Assembly (NCBI RefSeq): GCF_009914755.1
Contig: NC_060942.1
Strand: one strand, 5' to 3'
From: the human T2T-CHM13v2.0 reference genome, Homo sapiens
DNA: 64,000 nt
The notes beneath the pieces are model-generated. The model saw nothing but the letters and a program-made list of their open reading frames with translations. It searched no databases and was not told the DNA's origin. The position numbers were made by a program, and so were the translations under genes. Below are positions 25,640 to 38,570 of this stretch, piece after piece. Each line of letters begins with the position of its first letter. Positions within the stretch are counted from its first letter, which is position 1.

Positions 25640-26170
25640 GTGCTAGCAAAGCTGAGCAGCATGTGAGATTCTTTCTGAATGAGAGGAATAGAGCATGAGT
25701 TCCATCTGAGCTGGGCCTTGAGGCATGAGTTCAAAATGTGGGATTGTGAAGTACAGAGAGAAGATGCATCCTAGATAGATGGAATCGCCCAAGCCAAGGC
25801 ACAGAGTCCACAGAGACAGACCAAAAACTCAGGTGACCTAACATCCTGCTGCACACTAGGAGGTTCTTTGAACAAGTAGGGTAGTCATAAGAGAGAAGGC
25901 CAGCCAAGTAGATTGAGGGTAAATAAAAGAGAGAGTTAAATTCGGAATGCAATGGGCAGTGATTGGAGATGACTGAGCAGAAAAAGAGAGGCAGCCCAGC
26001 ACCCTGTATACCCCTGTGAATGAATAAATTACCACATTCACTGATTCCTCCATTCAGCAAATATTCTTCATGTGCCCACTGTGTGCCTGGCCCCACCTAG
26101 ACAGATGGGCACATCTGTTAACAAAGCAGGTAGAGAACCCTTCTCCCGCGGAGCTCTAATTCTTTCAGGG
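25640..26170 (-). mobile_element. L2 fragments
   Basis: CATCTGAGCTGGGCCTTGAGG...; CATTCAGCAAATATTCTTCATGTGCCCACTGTGTGCCTGG...GGAGCTCTAATTCT. Confidence 0.6.
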
Positions 26171-26369
26171 ACATGTGTATTTTATTTCTTATCTACTGAT
26201 GATGACACAATGTCCATGTGGGTGTGACTTTTGGGGTATCTAAGCAGACAGGAATCAACCCCCAATGAACCCACAGTGATGCTGAGTGTAAGGACACTCA
26301 GTTTGGGGTAGCCAGGGACGGCACAGAGCATATGGGACTTGTGATGGGAGAAGTCACCAACAGAAAGGG

Positions 26370-26820
26370 ATTATATTAGACAGGATTTTCTTGATTGCAA
26401 TTAACAGATCAAACTGGCTCCAGCAGTAGAAGGTAATTTACAGGCTCATATAGCCAAGCTCCTTAAAACCCAGGGGTGGGAGCTGGCCTCACGAATAACT
26501 GGTATTGGAGTTCTAGTATCACCCATCCCTCAATCCCCATTTATGTTTCTCTGCGGATGTTATGTCATTTCCCCCATATTGGCTGTTGTTGAGGTTTGGC
26601 ATCAGCCCCTGCAACCTCATATCCTGACAGTTTAATAGCCAGAGAGGAAAGCTGGCTTCCTCTATCCAGCTCCCCTTGAAACTCACAGAGAAGGACTCTG
26701 ACTGGTCTGGCTTGGGTCACGTGCCCATCTCTTCTCAGGCCAACCCAGCAGCCAGGAAGTTGAGGTTCCATCTGTACTCAGGCTGGGTTACCTTGTCCCC
26801 TTCAGGGTCATAGGGACAGG
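26370..26820 (-). mobile_element. Old MLT1 (K/L-like) LTR
   Basis: TATTAGACAGGATTTTCTTGATTGCAATTAACAGA...GACTCTGACTGGTCTGGCTTGGGTCACGTGCCCATC. Confidence 0.6.
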
Positions 26821-28019
26821 AAGGGAAACAAAACTAATAGATATACACTACTGGGATTGAGACAACTGAAAACTCATTTTACCTAATGGACAGTTATGCT
26901 AAAGGGTGACTCCAGCATCCATTCAAGATACATAATATAAGGTAATTCCTACTCAGTCTAGGACATCGGTAAATGTTACCAACCCACTCCACCCTCTCCC
27001 ACAGACAAATTAAAAAGTGATACATATAACGTAGAGAACAAAAAAAACACACTGTGAATTAGCTGTCCTGGAGGAGGTGGAGGTAGATCATTCTAAAGAC
27101 AGTGTGGGAGGTATGGGGAGAGAGGGGCTGGTCAGAACAAAATGAGGTACAGGCAAGTTCCAGGGCTCACCAGAACTGCATCAGCACAGCCACCTGCCTG
27201 TATTCCCAGAGAATCAAGGCAGGGCTGCACCCTCTCCTCTACCAGCCACCACCCCCACCTCCCAGCAGGATCAAGAACCTTGGTCAGGAGTAGTGCCTTC
27301 CGCTGGAGGATCTTCATTTGCTGAGAAGGCCAGCCCTGCAGGAAATCCCGAGCTAAGAAACAAGAACAATTTGAAAGGATGCAGGAGGCATTAAGCCAGA
27401 ATGGTTCTCCAGGGGCTGGTGGGGCTAAATGGAAACTCAGGCAAAGAGAACAAAAGGAGGATAGAGTGGAGCCATCATTCATGGAAGAAAAAGGATGCTA
27501 ACCATCAAGGAAGAGGCAGTATCTTCACTGGGAGGGAGAAATCAAAAGCAAAATAAGGAAACATTTTAGCAAAAATCAATGCTTTCAAAATGCATTTAAT
27601 CATCTAGAGTTCTGGAAACTTAGCAAAGGGGCAGAGCTTGTTCTGGTGTAAAGAATAAGGGACAACAAGCAGAAGCTAGGCAGTCTGACCTCCCTTGTGC
27701 CAGTGACATACTGTGTGGTCTTGGACTCGTGACTTTATTTTCCTATTTGTAAAATTAAGCCAACAATCCCTGCATTGCCTGCAACACCGTATCATGTGAA
27801 GGCCCACTGAGATAATGGAAGGGCAGCAGTTTTTAAAATATTAAGCAACTCCATTGTAATTAATTAGCCTAGCTGAATAATTAGAAAATGATGGTTAGAA
27901 ATTGGGTCACTCTAACCTGGAAGGGAAGAAGCCGTGAAAGAGGTTAAGGCTTAGGATTCAAATGCACTGGCATCCTGCTAAATGACATGTACAAAAGCAA
28001 TGGATTCTATGTTTTTAAA

Positions 28020-29160
28020 AAGAATATATAATTGCTGAGCACCTACTATATTCTCGACCCCTTGTAAGATATCAAAGATAATATAGAAGAAGCACAAGAC
28101 ATAATCCCTGAGGTGTCAAGTGTATCTGATGAGATAAAGCATGTACAGTAAAGTGCAACTCACAGCATGAATTAAGATAAAAGCCAAGCTGAGGTGTTGA
28201 TAATAAATGTCACAAGAGCTCAGGGCAGAGATTTGTGGCCTGATGGGCTGGAGGGGAAGCGGAGGTTGCCCCTCTGTTGCCCTTGAAGCAGGATTTGGAT
28301 ATGTAGGGAAGAAAAGCAGGAAGAACATGAGAAAGGTGATTATGGTACAGGTCAGGATGGCCATAGAGATGGTATGTGTCCATGGCATTGTTGGAAGGAT
28401 GGTCAGTGTGGATGGAACGGTGTGTAAGATGGTAATAATGGACAATTATTTAGGAAAGGGCATCATGTCCAGGCTCCGAAAGCCTTGAAATCAGATGAAA
28501 GAATTGATCGTAAAGGAAAGGGAACCCACTGGAGACCCTGGAACAAAGGAGCTGATTGACCAAGTGTTACTTAAGAAGATGGATGCAAGGGCAGATGCTG
28601 AATCAACAGGAGAGGGTGATGCTTCCACAAAATACTCAGAGAAGAGGAGCTCAGGGATACAGGGGTGACAGTCAGGTGGTTATAGAAGAAATGAAAAACA
28701 ATAGGGAACAACTGGCAGGCCTTTGTACCTAATTACATGTGGGGAATGAAGGATGAGGTGGAGCAAGGGTATCTCTCTTGTCTTGATCCCAAGGAACTGG
28801 GTTAGTGCCAGTGTGGTGTAAGCATGTATTAATTGTTTCCTGTGCCTGGTGGGGGTTGGAGGCAAAGAAGGCTCCCCAGAGGAAGTGACATGTTTGTGAA
28901 GTCTTAAAAATTATGTCCACCTACTTTCAGAGGGAGTGAAGAGCATCCAGAGAAAGGAAACGGCATGGACCAAGGCAAAGGCAAGGAGGTGTGAAAAGGA
29001 AAGCTCCCAGTGTGGGGCATGTCTGTGAACACCTGAAGAGTGGGAGAACACTAGAGAAGTAGGCAGGGCCACATTATAAAGGAACTTGGACTTATGCAGC
29101 AGATATGGGGAGCTATGAAAGGAATGGTAGCAGGGAGAAGATACTGTCGATTCTTTTATA
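28020..29160 (-). mobile_element. L2 fragments (and adjacent degenerate repeats)
   Basis: TGAGCACCTACTAT...; GGCTCCCCAGAGGAAGTGACATGT...CAGAGAAAGGAAACGGCATGGACCAAGGCA...GGAACTTGGACTT. Confidence 0.55.
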
Positions 29161-29199
29161 GCTGTTTGTAAAAATACAGCGAGTTGAAAAGTAGAGAAA

Positions 29200-31079
29200 A
29201 TCCCCAAATGAAGTGTAATGTGACTCTAAAAGTATTCTGATATCTTTAAACTGAAGGAATTGTATTGCTCTCTTACTCTTTATACATCTCCTGCCTTTTG
29301 TTTTTATATGTACTGCCTTTTAGCTTAATAAAAGCTGTTGCTATGTTTTTTTGGTGCATAAATATTTATAATGTTTAGATCATCATTGCAGGTTTCAATA
29401 AAGTTTCTATCTTTGTGTCATTTACTGTTTTGAGCCCTGTACTCAACCTGTCTGATACATGCCTGATATTAAAACTAAGATTTCTAGTTTTGTTTTGATT
29501 TGCTTGCTTGCCTTTTTCCTTCCTTTTGTTTTCAACTTTCCAGTCACTTTATTTTAATTGTGTCTTTTGCTCATAGCACAAAATTGTTCTTTACATTGTA
29601 ACTTAAATGGAGAATCTATTTATTTTGACTGATACATTTTTACTTTTATATTTTTTAATGTCATAGATGTGTTTGTACTCAGTTTAGACATCACATACTT
29701 TCTGCCTCTATTGCCTCTTTTTATCTTTCACTAACAGTTATGGTTTGTTATATTTTAATTTGGTTTGTGTGTAGGTTCATAGAGATAGTTGGGAAGGTTT
29801 TAACATTTTTCATTCTTTATTGTTTATCTTTCTGATAGTTTATACAGTATATTTAATCCTCTGTATCCTTACTAGCTATTGACTGTCAGCTCTGCAAGAT
29901 AATGACATGTGTATAGTTCCTCTTCTGTAGCCTCTCATTTTTCTACTCTTACCGAATTTTAATTAATCATGATGATGACGATGATGATGATGATGATATT
30001 TCTGCTAATCTCAACCTTATACTTTTTAATAAACATTTCCTTCTATTTGATTCTTTAGCACTAAGTGGTAACCTTTGACCCTTGGCTACCTTCTCATTCC
30101 CTTCAACTTCTGAATTTTTTTTAGTTTCAGTGTTTTAAAATGTTATTATAGTTCATTAATATTTACATTGTGTTCTCAAATCATAATTTCCAGTTTGTGT
30201 GTGTGTGTGTGTTGTAATCCTAAAGTCATTAACAACCCACCACCAGTTCTTCTGCCATAGTTTCTTCATTTTCTACTGATTAGTTAAATTTCAGCCTCCA
30301 GTTTCTTCAAGATGAGATCAGATAAATGCATTTTCTGCATTATTAGGATGTGTGGTGAAGCATTTGTACTTGAACAACAGTTTGAGTTTAACACATTTTT
30401 ACTGTTTCTTATTTGTTCTTAGTGAGGTTTTATAAGCATCATGTTGCTATGGAAAACTCTGGCACCAACCTAATTTTCCCCCTTGAAAAATAAATTCTGG
30501 TTTTGATCTTGGTTTTCTTTTGTTTGTTTCGCTTTTTGTTTGTTGGGATGGCAAGAGAGTCTTTCTTTACCATTGGGTATCATTTCTGTATCAATTTTTC
30601 CTGAGACGGTTTATGTTTTGTTTGTTTTGCCTTGCTTTGTAGGCAGATTTAAATATTTTATTTTTGAAAACCGTTTTGAAATTATACTTCTCCAAATACA
30701 TTTTCTATTCTATATTTTTTAGTATTCTTCAAATACTACATTTATGCATAAGCATAGATCTATTGTATCTATTTTATCTTCCATTTCTATCATGTTCTTT
30801 CTTATTCCTTTTTAACTATCCATTTTCATGTGTTCTGCTCACTTGATCAATCCTGTTCTTAAGTCTGTTTTTGTGTCTTGAGCAGTTTCTTTTCACCGTC
30901 TTGTTGCTGCTGATGGGTCCCTAATTTTGGTGATGACTCTTTTTTTCTCCTTTACAACTTTCCTGAGCTCTGCTAGCTCATTTTTTGCTCTTTCAGTTGT
31001 CTGGACATGTCTTTCTTGATATTTTATTTTATATAATGATTTGTTTCATTGAGGCTTGTTGTTTTTTTATTTGTATGTT
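29200..31079 (-). mobile_element. Ancient L1M/HAL1 (antisense), continuing at ~37669-37850 after the nested L1PA
   Basis: Strongly T-biased strand with degenerate antisense L1 ORF2-start/ORF1 motifs (GTTGCTATGGAAAACTCTGGCACCAACCTAATTTT). Contains (GAT)n at 29969-29997 and (TG)n at 30197-30212. Confidence 0.55.
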
Positions 31080-31303
31080 TGTCTATAATAGTTTTTTTTA
31101 TTATACTTTAAGTTCTGGGGTACATGTGCAGAATGTACAGGTTTGTTACATAGGTATACACGTGCCATGGTGGTTTGCTGCACCCATCAACCCATCATCT
31201 ACATTAGGTATTTCTCCTAATGCTATCCTTCCCCTAGCCCCCGACCCCATGACAGGCCATGGTGTGAGATGTTCCCCTCCCTGTGTCCATGTGTTCTCGT
31301 TGT

Positions 31304-34300
31304 TCAACTCCCCCTTATGAGTGAGAATATGCAGTGTTTGGTTTACAGTTCCTGTGTTAGTTTGCTGAGAATGATGGTTTCCAGCTTCATCCATGTCCCC
31401 GCAAGGAACATGAACTCATTCTTTTTCATGCTGCATAGTATTCCGTGGTGTATTTGTGCCACATTTTCTTTATCCAGTCTATCATTGATGGGCATTTGGG
31501 TGGGTTCCAAGTCTTTGCTATTGTGGATAGTGCTGCAGTAAATACACGTATGCATATGTCTTTATAGTGGCATGATTTATAATCCTTTCGGTATATACCC
31601 AGTAATGGGATTGCTGGGTCAAATGGTATTTCTGGTTCTAGATCCTTGAGGAATCGCCACACTGTCTTCCACAGTGGTTGAACTAATTTACACTCCCACC
31701 AACAGTGTAAAAGCATTCCTATTTTCCACATCCTCTCCAGCATCTGTTGTTTTCTGACTTTTTAATGATAGCCATTCTAACTGGTGTGAGATGGTATCGC
31801 ATTGTGGTTTTGATTTGCATTTCTCTAATGACCGGTGATGATGAGCTTTTTTTCATATGTTTGTTGGTCACATAAATGTCTTCTTTTGAGAAGTGTCTGT
31901 CCATATCCTTCGCCCATTTTTTGATGGGGTTGTGTGTTTTTTTCTTCTTAATTTGTTTAAGTTTCTTATAGATTCTGGATATTAGCCCTTTGTCAGATGG
32001 ATAGAATGCAAAAATTTTCTTCCATTCTGCAGGTTGCCTGTTCACTCTGATGATAGTTTCTTTTGCTGTGCAGAAGCTCTTTAATTTAATTAGATCCCAT
32101 TTGTCAATTCTGGCTTTTGTTGCCATTGCTTTTGGTGTTTTAGTCATGAAGTCTTTGCCCATGCCTATGTCCTGAATGGTAATGCCTAGGTTTCTTTCTA
32201 GGGTTTCTGTGGTTTTAGGTCTTACATTTAAGTCTTTAATCCATCTTAAATTAATTTTTGTATAAGGTGTAAGGAAGGGGTCCAGGTTCAGTTTTCTGCA
32301 TATGGCTAGCCAGTTCTCCCAACACCATTTATTAAATAGGGAATCCTTTCTCCATTGCTTGTTTTTGTCAGGTTTGTCAAAGATCAGATGGTTGTAGATG
32401 TGTGGCATTACTCCTGAGGCCTCTGTTCTGTTCCATTGGTCTATATATCTGCTTTGGTACCAGTACCATGCTGTTTTGGTTACTGTAGCGTTGTAGTATG
32501 GTTTGAAGTCAGGTAGCATCATGCCTCCGGCTTTGTTCTTTTTGCTTAGGATTGTCTTAGCTACATGGGCTCTTTTTTGGTTCCATGTGAAATTTAAAGT
32601 AGTTTTTTCTAATTATGAGAAGAAAGCCAATGGTAGCTTGATGGGGATAGCATTAAATCTATAAATTACTTTGGGCAGTATGGCCATTTCATAATATTGA
32701 TTCTTCCTATCCATGAGCATCAAGTGTTTTTCCATTTGTTTTTGTGTCCTCTCTTATTTCCTTGAGCAGTGGTTTGCAGTTCTCCTTGAAGAGGTCCTTC
32801 ACATCCCTTGTAAGTTGGATTCTTAGATATTTTATTCTCTTTGTAGCAGTTGCGAACAGGAGTTCACTCATGATTTGGCTCTTTGTTTGTCTATGATTGA
32901 TGTATAGGAATGCTTGTGACTTTTGCACATTGATTTTGTATCCTGAGGCTTTGCTGAAGTTGCTGATCAGCTTAAGGAGATTTTGGGCTGAGATGATGGG
33001 GTTTTCTAAATATACAATCATGTCATCTGCAAACAGAAACAATTTGACTTCCTCTCTTCCTATTTGAATATCCTTTATTTTTTCTCTTGCCTGATTGCCC
33101 TGGCCAGAACTTCCAATACTATGTTGAATAGGAGTGGTAAGAGAGGGCATACTTGTCTTGTGCCAGTTTTCAAAGGAAATGCTTCCTGTTTTTGCCCATT
33201 CAGTATGATATTGGCTGTGGGTTTTTCATAAACAGCTCTTAATATTTTGAGATACATTCCATCAATACCTAGTTTATTGGGAGTTTTTAGCATGAATGGG
33301 TGTTGAATTTTATTGAAGGCCTTTTCTGCATCTGTTGAGATAATCATGTGGTTTTTGTCATTGATTCTGTTTATGTGATGGATTACGTTTATTGATTTGT
33401 GTATATTGAACCCCCTTGCATCCCGGGGTTGAAGCCCATTTGATCGTGGCGGATAAGCTTTTTGATGTGCTGCTGGATTTGGTTTGCCCGTATTTTATTG
33501 AGGATTTTTGCATCAATGTTCATCAGGGATATTGGCCAGAAATTTTCTTTTTTTGTTGTGTGTCTGCCAGGTTTTGGTATCAGGATGATGTTGGCCCAGT
33601 AAAATGAGTTAGGGAGGGGTCCCTCTTTTCCTACTGTTTGGAATAGTTTCAGAAGGAGTGGTACCAGCTCCTCTTTGTACCTCTGGTATAATTTAGCTGT
33701 GAATCCATCCGGTCCTGGGCTTTTTTTGGTTGGTAGGCTATTAATTATTGCCTCAATTTCAGAACTTGTTGTTGGTCTATTCAGGGATTCAACTTCTTCC
33801 TGGTTTAGTCTTGGGAGGGTGTATGTGTCCAGGAATTTATCCATTTCTTCTAGATTTTCTAGTTTATTTGCATAGAGGTGTTTATAGTATTCTCTGATAG
33901 TAGTTTGCATTTCCGTAGGTTCAGTGGTGATATCTCCTTTATCATTTTTTATTGTGTCTATTTGATTCTTCTCTCTTTTCTTCTTTATTGGTCTGGCTAG
34001 CAGTCTATCTATTTTGTTAATCTTTTCAAAAAACCAGCTCCTGGATTCATTAATTTTTTGAAGGGTTTTTTGTGTCTCTATCTCCTTCAATTCTGCTCTG
34101 ATCTTAGTTATTTCTTGTCTTTTGCTAGCTTTTGAATTTGTTTGCTCTTGCTTCTCTAGTTCTTTTAATTGTGATGTAAGGGTGTCGACTCTAGATCTTT
34201 CCCACTTTCTCCTGTGGGCATTTAATGCTATAAATTTCCCTTTAAACACTGCTTTAGCTGTGTCCCAGAGATCCTGGTATGTTGTGTCTTTCTTCTCATT

Positions 34301-35227
34301 GGTTTCAAAGAACTTATTTATTTCTGCCTTAATTTCGTTATGTACCCAGTATTCATTCAGGAGCAGGTTGTTCAGTTTCCACATAGTTGTGCAGTTCTGA
34401 GTGAGTTTCTTAATCCTGAGTTCTAATTTGATTGCACTGTGGTCTGAGAGACAGTTATGATTTCTGTTCTTTTGCATTTGCTGAGGGAGGGTTTTCCAAT
34501 TATGTGGTCAATTTTAGAATAAGTGCGATGTGGTGTTGAGAAGAATGTATATTCTGTTGACTTGGGGTGGGGAGTTCTTTACATGTCTGCTTGGTCCAGA
34601 GCTGAGTTCAAGTCCTGAATATCCTTGTTAATTTTCTGTCTCATTGATCTGTCAAATATTGACAGTGGGGTGTTAATACACTATTATTGTGTGGGAGTCT
34701 AAGTCTCTTTGTATGTCTCTAAGAACTTGCTTTATGAATATGGGTGCTCCTGTATTGGGTGCATATATTTAGGATATATATTTAGGATATAGATATAGAT
34801 ATATGTTTAGGTTATATATATATTTAGGATATATATATATATATATATATTTAGGATATATATATATATATATATATAGATATATATATATATATGATAG
34901 TTATCTCTTCTTGTTGCATTGATCCCTTTACCATTATGTAATGCCCTTCTTTGTCTTTTTTTATCTTTGTTGGTTTAAAGTCTGTTTTATCAGAGACTAG
35001 GATTGCAACGCCTGCTTTTTTTGCTTTCCATTTGCTTGGTAAATCTTCCTCCATCCCTTTATTTTGAGCCTATGTGTGTCTTTGCACATGAGATGGGTCT
35101 TCTGAATACAGCACAGTAATTGGTCTTGACTCTTTATCCAATTTTCCAGCCTGTGTCTTTTAACTGGGACATTTAGCCCATTTACATTTAAGGTTAATAT
35201 CGTTATGTGTGAATTTGATCCTGTCAT
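31304..35227 (-). pseudogene. L1 ORF2 (endonuclease/reverse transcriptase), disrupted
   Basis: Fragments MTGSNSHITILTLNVNGLN (EN), [13 protein letters not shown] (RT active-site motif) and RCWRGCG / HCWWECKL (C-rich domain) lie in different frames. Multiple frameshifts and a microsatellite insert. Confidence 0.93.
34761..34896. repeat. Compound (TA)n/TTTAGGAT microsatellite inside L1 ORF2
   Basis: Five TTTAGG units separated by (TA)n runs, replacing the single GCATATATATTTAGGATAG of the L1 consensus. Confidence 0.9.
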
Positions 35228-35290
35228 TATCATGATAGCTGGTTATTTTGCCCATTAGTTGATGCAGTTTCTTCATAGTATTGATGGTCT

Positions 35291-36313
35291 TTACAATTTG
35301 GTATGTTTTTGCAGTGGCTGGTACCGGTTTTTCCTTTCCATATTTAGTGCTTCCTTCAGGAGCTCTTGTAAGGCGGGCCTGGTGGTGACAAAATCTCTCA
35401 GCAATTGCTTGTCTGTAAAGGATTTTATTTCTCCTTCTCTTATGAAGATTAGTTTGGCTGGATATGAAATTCTGGATTGAAAACTCTTTGTTTTAAGAAT
35501 TTTGAATATTGGCCCCCACTCTCTTCTGGTTTGTAAGGTTTCTGCAGAGAGATCTGCTGTTAGTCTGGTGAGCTTCTCTTTGTGGGTAACCCGACCTTTC
35601 TCTCTGACTGCCCTTAACATTTTTTCCTTAATTTCAACCTTGGTGAAGGTGATGATTATGTTTCTTGGGGTTGCTCTTCTTGAGAAGTATCTTTGTGGCA
35701 TTTTCAGTATTTCCTGAATTTGAATGTTGGCCTGCCTTGCGAGGCTGGGGAAGTTGTCCTGAACAATATCCTGAAGAGTGTTTTCCAACTTGGTTCCATT
35801 CTCCCCATCACTTTCAGGTACACCAGTCAAACGTAGGTTTGGTCTTTTCACATAGTCCCATATTTCTTGGAGGCTTTGTTTGTTCCTTTTCATTCCTTTT
35901 TCTCTAATCTTGTCTTCATCCTTTATTTCATTAAGTTGATCTTCAATCTCTGATATCCTTTCTTCCACTTGATCGATTCGGCTATTGATACTTGTGTATG
36001 CTTCATGAAGTTCTTGTGCTGTGTTTTTCAGCTCCGTCAGGTCATTGATGTTCTTCTCTAAACTGGTTATTCTAGTTAGCAATTCCTCTAACCTTTTTTC
36101 AAGGTTCTTGGCTTCCTTGCATTGGGTTAGAACATGCTTCTTTAGCTTGGAGGAGTTTGTTATTACCCGCCTTCTGAAGCCTACTTCTGTCAATTCATCA
36201 AACTCATTCTCCATCCAGTTTTATTCCCTTGCTGGCGGGGAGTTGTGATCCTTTGGAGAAGAGGAGTTCTGGTTTTTGGAGTTTTCAGCCTTTTTGCACT
36301 GGTTTTTCCTCAT
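35291..36313 (-). pseudogene. L1 ORF1p with one premature stop (codon 31); 307-aa ORF from Met34
   Basis: ATG at 36313 (MRKNQCKKAENSK...), TAA at 36223-36221, then an open frame MENEFDEL...WDYVKRPNLRL...YPAKL...RYQPLQKHTKL*. Confidence 0.92.
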
Positions 36314-37021
36314 CTTCATGGATTTATCTACTTTTGGTCTTTGATGTTGGTGACCTTTGGATGGGGTTTTTGTGTGGACATCATTTTTGTTGATGATGAT
36401 GCTATTCCTTTCTGTTTGTTAGTTTTCCTTCTAACAGCCAGGCCCCTCTGCAGCAGGTCTGCTGGAGCTTGCTGGAGGTCCACTCCAGACCTTGTTTGCC
36501 TGGGTATCACCAGTGGAAGCTGCACAACAGCAAAGATTGCTGCCTGTTCCTTCCTTTGGATGCTTTGTCCCAGGGGGGTACCCACAAGATGCCAGCCGGA
36601 GCTCTCCTGTATGAGGTGTCTGTCGACCCCTGCTAGGAGGCATCTCCCAGTAAGAAGGCATGGGGGTCAGGGACCCACTTTAGGAGGCAGTCTGTCCCTT
36701 AGCAGAGCTCAAGTGCTGTGCTGGGAGATCTGCTGATCTCTTCAGAGTCGGCAGGCAGGAACATTTAAGTCTACTGAAGCTGCACCCACAGCCACCCCTT
36801 CCCCCAGGTGCTTTGTCCCACGGAGATGGGAGTTTTATCTATAAGCCCATGACTGGGGCTGCTGCCTTTCTTTCAGAGATACCCTGCCCAGGGAGGAGGA
36901 ATTTAGAGAAGCAGTCTGGCTACAGCAGCTTTGTAGAGCTGCGGTGGGCTCCACTGAGTCCAAACTTCCTGGTGGCGTTGTTTATACTGTGAGAGGAAAA
37001 CCACCTACTCAAGCCTCAGTA

Positions 37022-37240
37022 ATGGCGGATGCCCTTACCCCAACCAACCTCGAGCATCCCAGGCTGACTTCAGACTGCTGTGCTGGCAGCAAGAATTTCA
37101 AGCCAGTGGATCTTAGCTTGCTGGGCTCCATAGGGGTGGGATCCGCTGACCTAGACCACTTGGCTCCCTGGCTTCAGCCCCCTTTCCAGGGAAGTGAATG
37201 GTTCTGTCTCACTGGCGTTCCAGGTGCCACTGGGGTATGA
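37022..37240 (+). other. L1 antisense ORF0-like frame (72 aa)
   Basis: GTAATGG context. MADALTPTNLEHPRLTSDCCAGSK...SIGVGS resembles recalled primate ORF0 (MAGAPPPASLPPCSLISDCCASNQRDSVGVGP). Confidence 0.6.
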
Positions 37241-38439
37241 AGAAAAACTCCTGCAGCTAGCTTGGTGTCTGCCCAAACAACCACCTACTTTTGTGCTTGA
37301 AACCCAGGGCCCCGGTGGTGTAGGCACCCAAGGGAATCTCCTGGTCTGTGGGTTGCAAAGACCATGGGAAAAGAATAGTATCTGAGCCAGAATGCACTGT
37401 TCCTCAAGGCACAGTCCCTCATGGCTTCCCTTGAATAGAAGAGGGAGTTCTTTGATCCTTTGTGCTTCCCAGGTGAGGCAACGCCCCACCCTGCTTCTGC
37501 TCGCCCTAAATGGGCTGGATCCACTGTCTAACCAGTCCCAATGAGATGAGCTGGGTACCGCAGTTGGAAATGCAGAAATCACCTGCCTTCTGTACTGATC
37601 TCACTGAGAGCTGCAGACTGGAGCTGTTTCTATGCAGCCATCTTGCCAGCCACTGTCTATGATAGTTTGCTTGGCACAGTTTCCTTTAGCTTGATGGTAA
37701 CACAATTTGGTACTTGTTCTTTGTCTGTTTCCTTTTATCATTACCTTCTTTTCTTGCAATATCTTTGTAGAGTTCTTCTGATGGTTTCTGTTTAATTCTG
37801 GCTCATATTTGACTGAGATAAGCTCTTTCTTAACCAGCTATTTTGCAGAAAAAGGAAGGCGTGAAGAGCCAGCCTATAATGTCATCCAGTAGCATCTCTC
37901 TAGTTTATAGGGATGTGCCTGACAACACACAAGGTTGTGTGTGTGGATATGTGTACAAGTTAATTTAGCCTTTACCTTTTTCCAGAAAAAAAAAAAGAGA
38001 TTGTCAGTTGCCAAGACCAATTAAAGTGGAACCTATCTTCTCTAACCTGCCTTCCCAACAGACAAGCTTAAATAGAATTTTTAAGTGTTTTCTTATTTAT
38101 ACCACCTCCCCTTTTCTTAATGGAAGAGTCCAGGGATGCTTTTACAGGCAGCCATTCACCTTAGACCAGTTGACCCCCAAAAGACGGTGTTGGTTCTGCC
38201 CTCTTTGGCAAACTCTGTGCTCTGCGAGCTTTGCTTGAGGTCTTTGGCAGCAGACACCTTTCAGCATCTACCTGCCCTAGGTTGGAACTTTACTGCTTTT
38301 GGCAGCCCTTCCTCAACAAAGGTGAGGTTTGCATTTCTGTTTCTTATTATTATTGTCTTGGAACAAATTCAAAAGGAAGTGGGCAGGGCTATCTTAACAA
38401 CACTGTCTTAAAAGTAAAGCTCTTTTTAAAAAGCTGTAT

Positions 38440-38570
38440 ATCCCAATTTTCCTCCCCTAAATCTCTAGCACCTAACGCTATATCTGACAAAGAGAAAATG
38501 CTCAATTAATGTTTGTTAATATTAATAGCTAATAATAAAATGAATAAATAAAGGAATGAACAAACAATTC
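38440..38570 (+). mobile_element. L2 3' end
   Basis: CTAGCACCTAAC...AATGCTCAATTAATGTTTGTT...AATGAATAAATAAAGGAATGAA. Confidence 0.6.

Larger units (their letters stand above)
31095..37653 (-). mobile_element. Full-length LINE-1, L1PA7-like (L1PA6-8)
   Basis: 5'UTR begins GTGGCTGGCAAGATGGCTGCATAGAAACAGCTCC; ORF1, ORF2, 3'UTR and a short tail are present. 15-bp TSD TGTCTAT(A/G)ATAGTTT at 31080-31094 and 37654-37668. Confidence 0.96.

Noticed and set aside
34768-34856. TTTAGG units as interstitial telomeric repeats
   Set aside because: Not TTAGGG; they derive from the L1 ORF2 motif ATATTTAGGAT.
31146-37582. Long ORFs of 267, 362 and 147 aa as host genes
   Set aside because: They are frameshifted pieces of L1 ORF2 or antisense/UTR frames of the same element.
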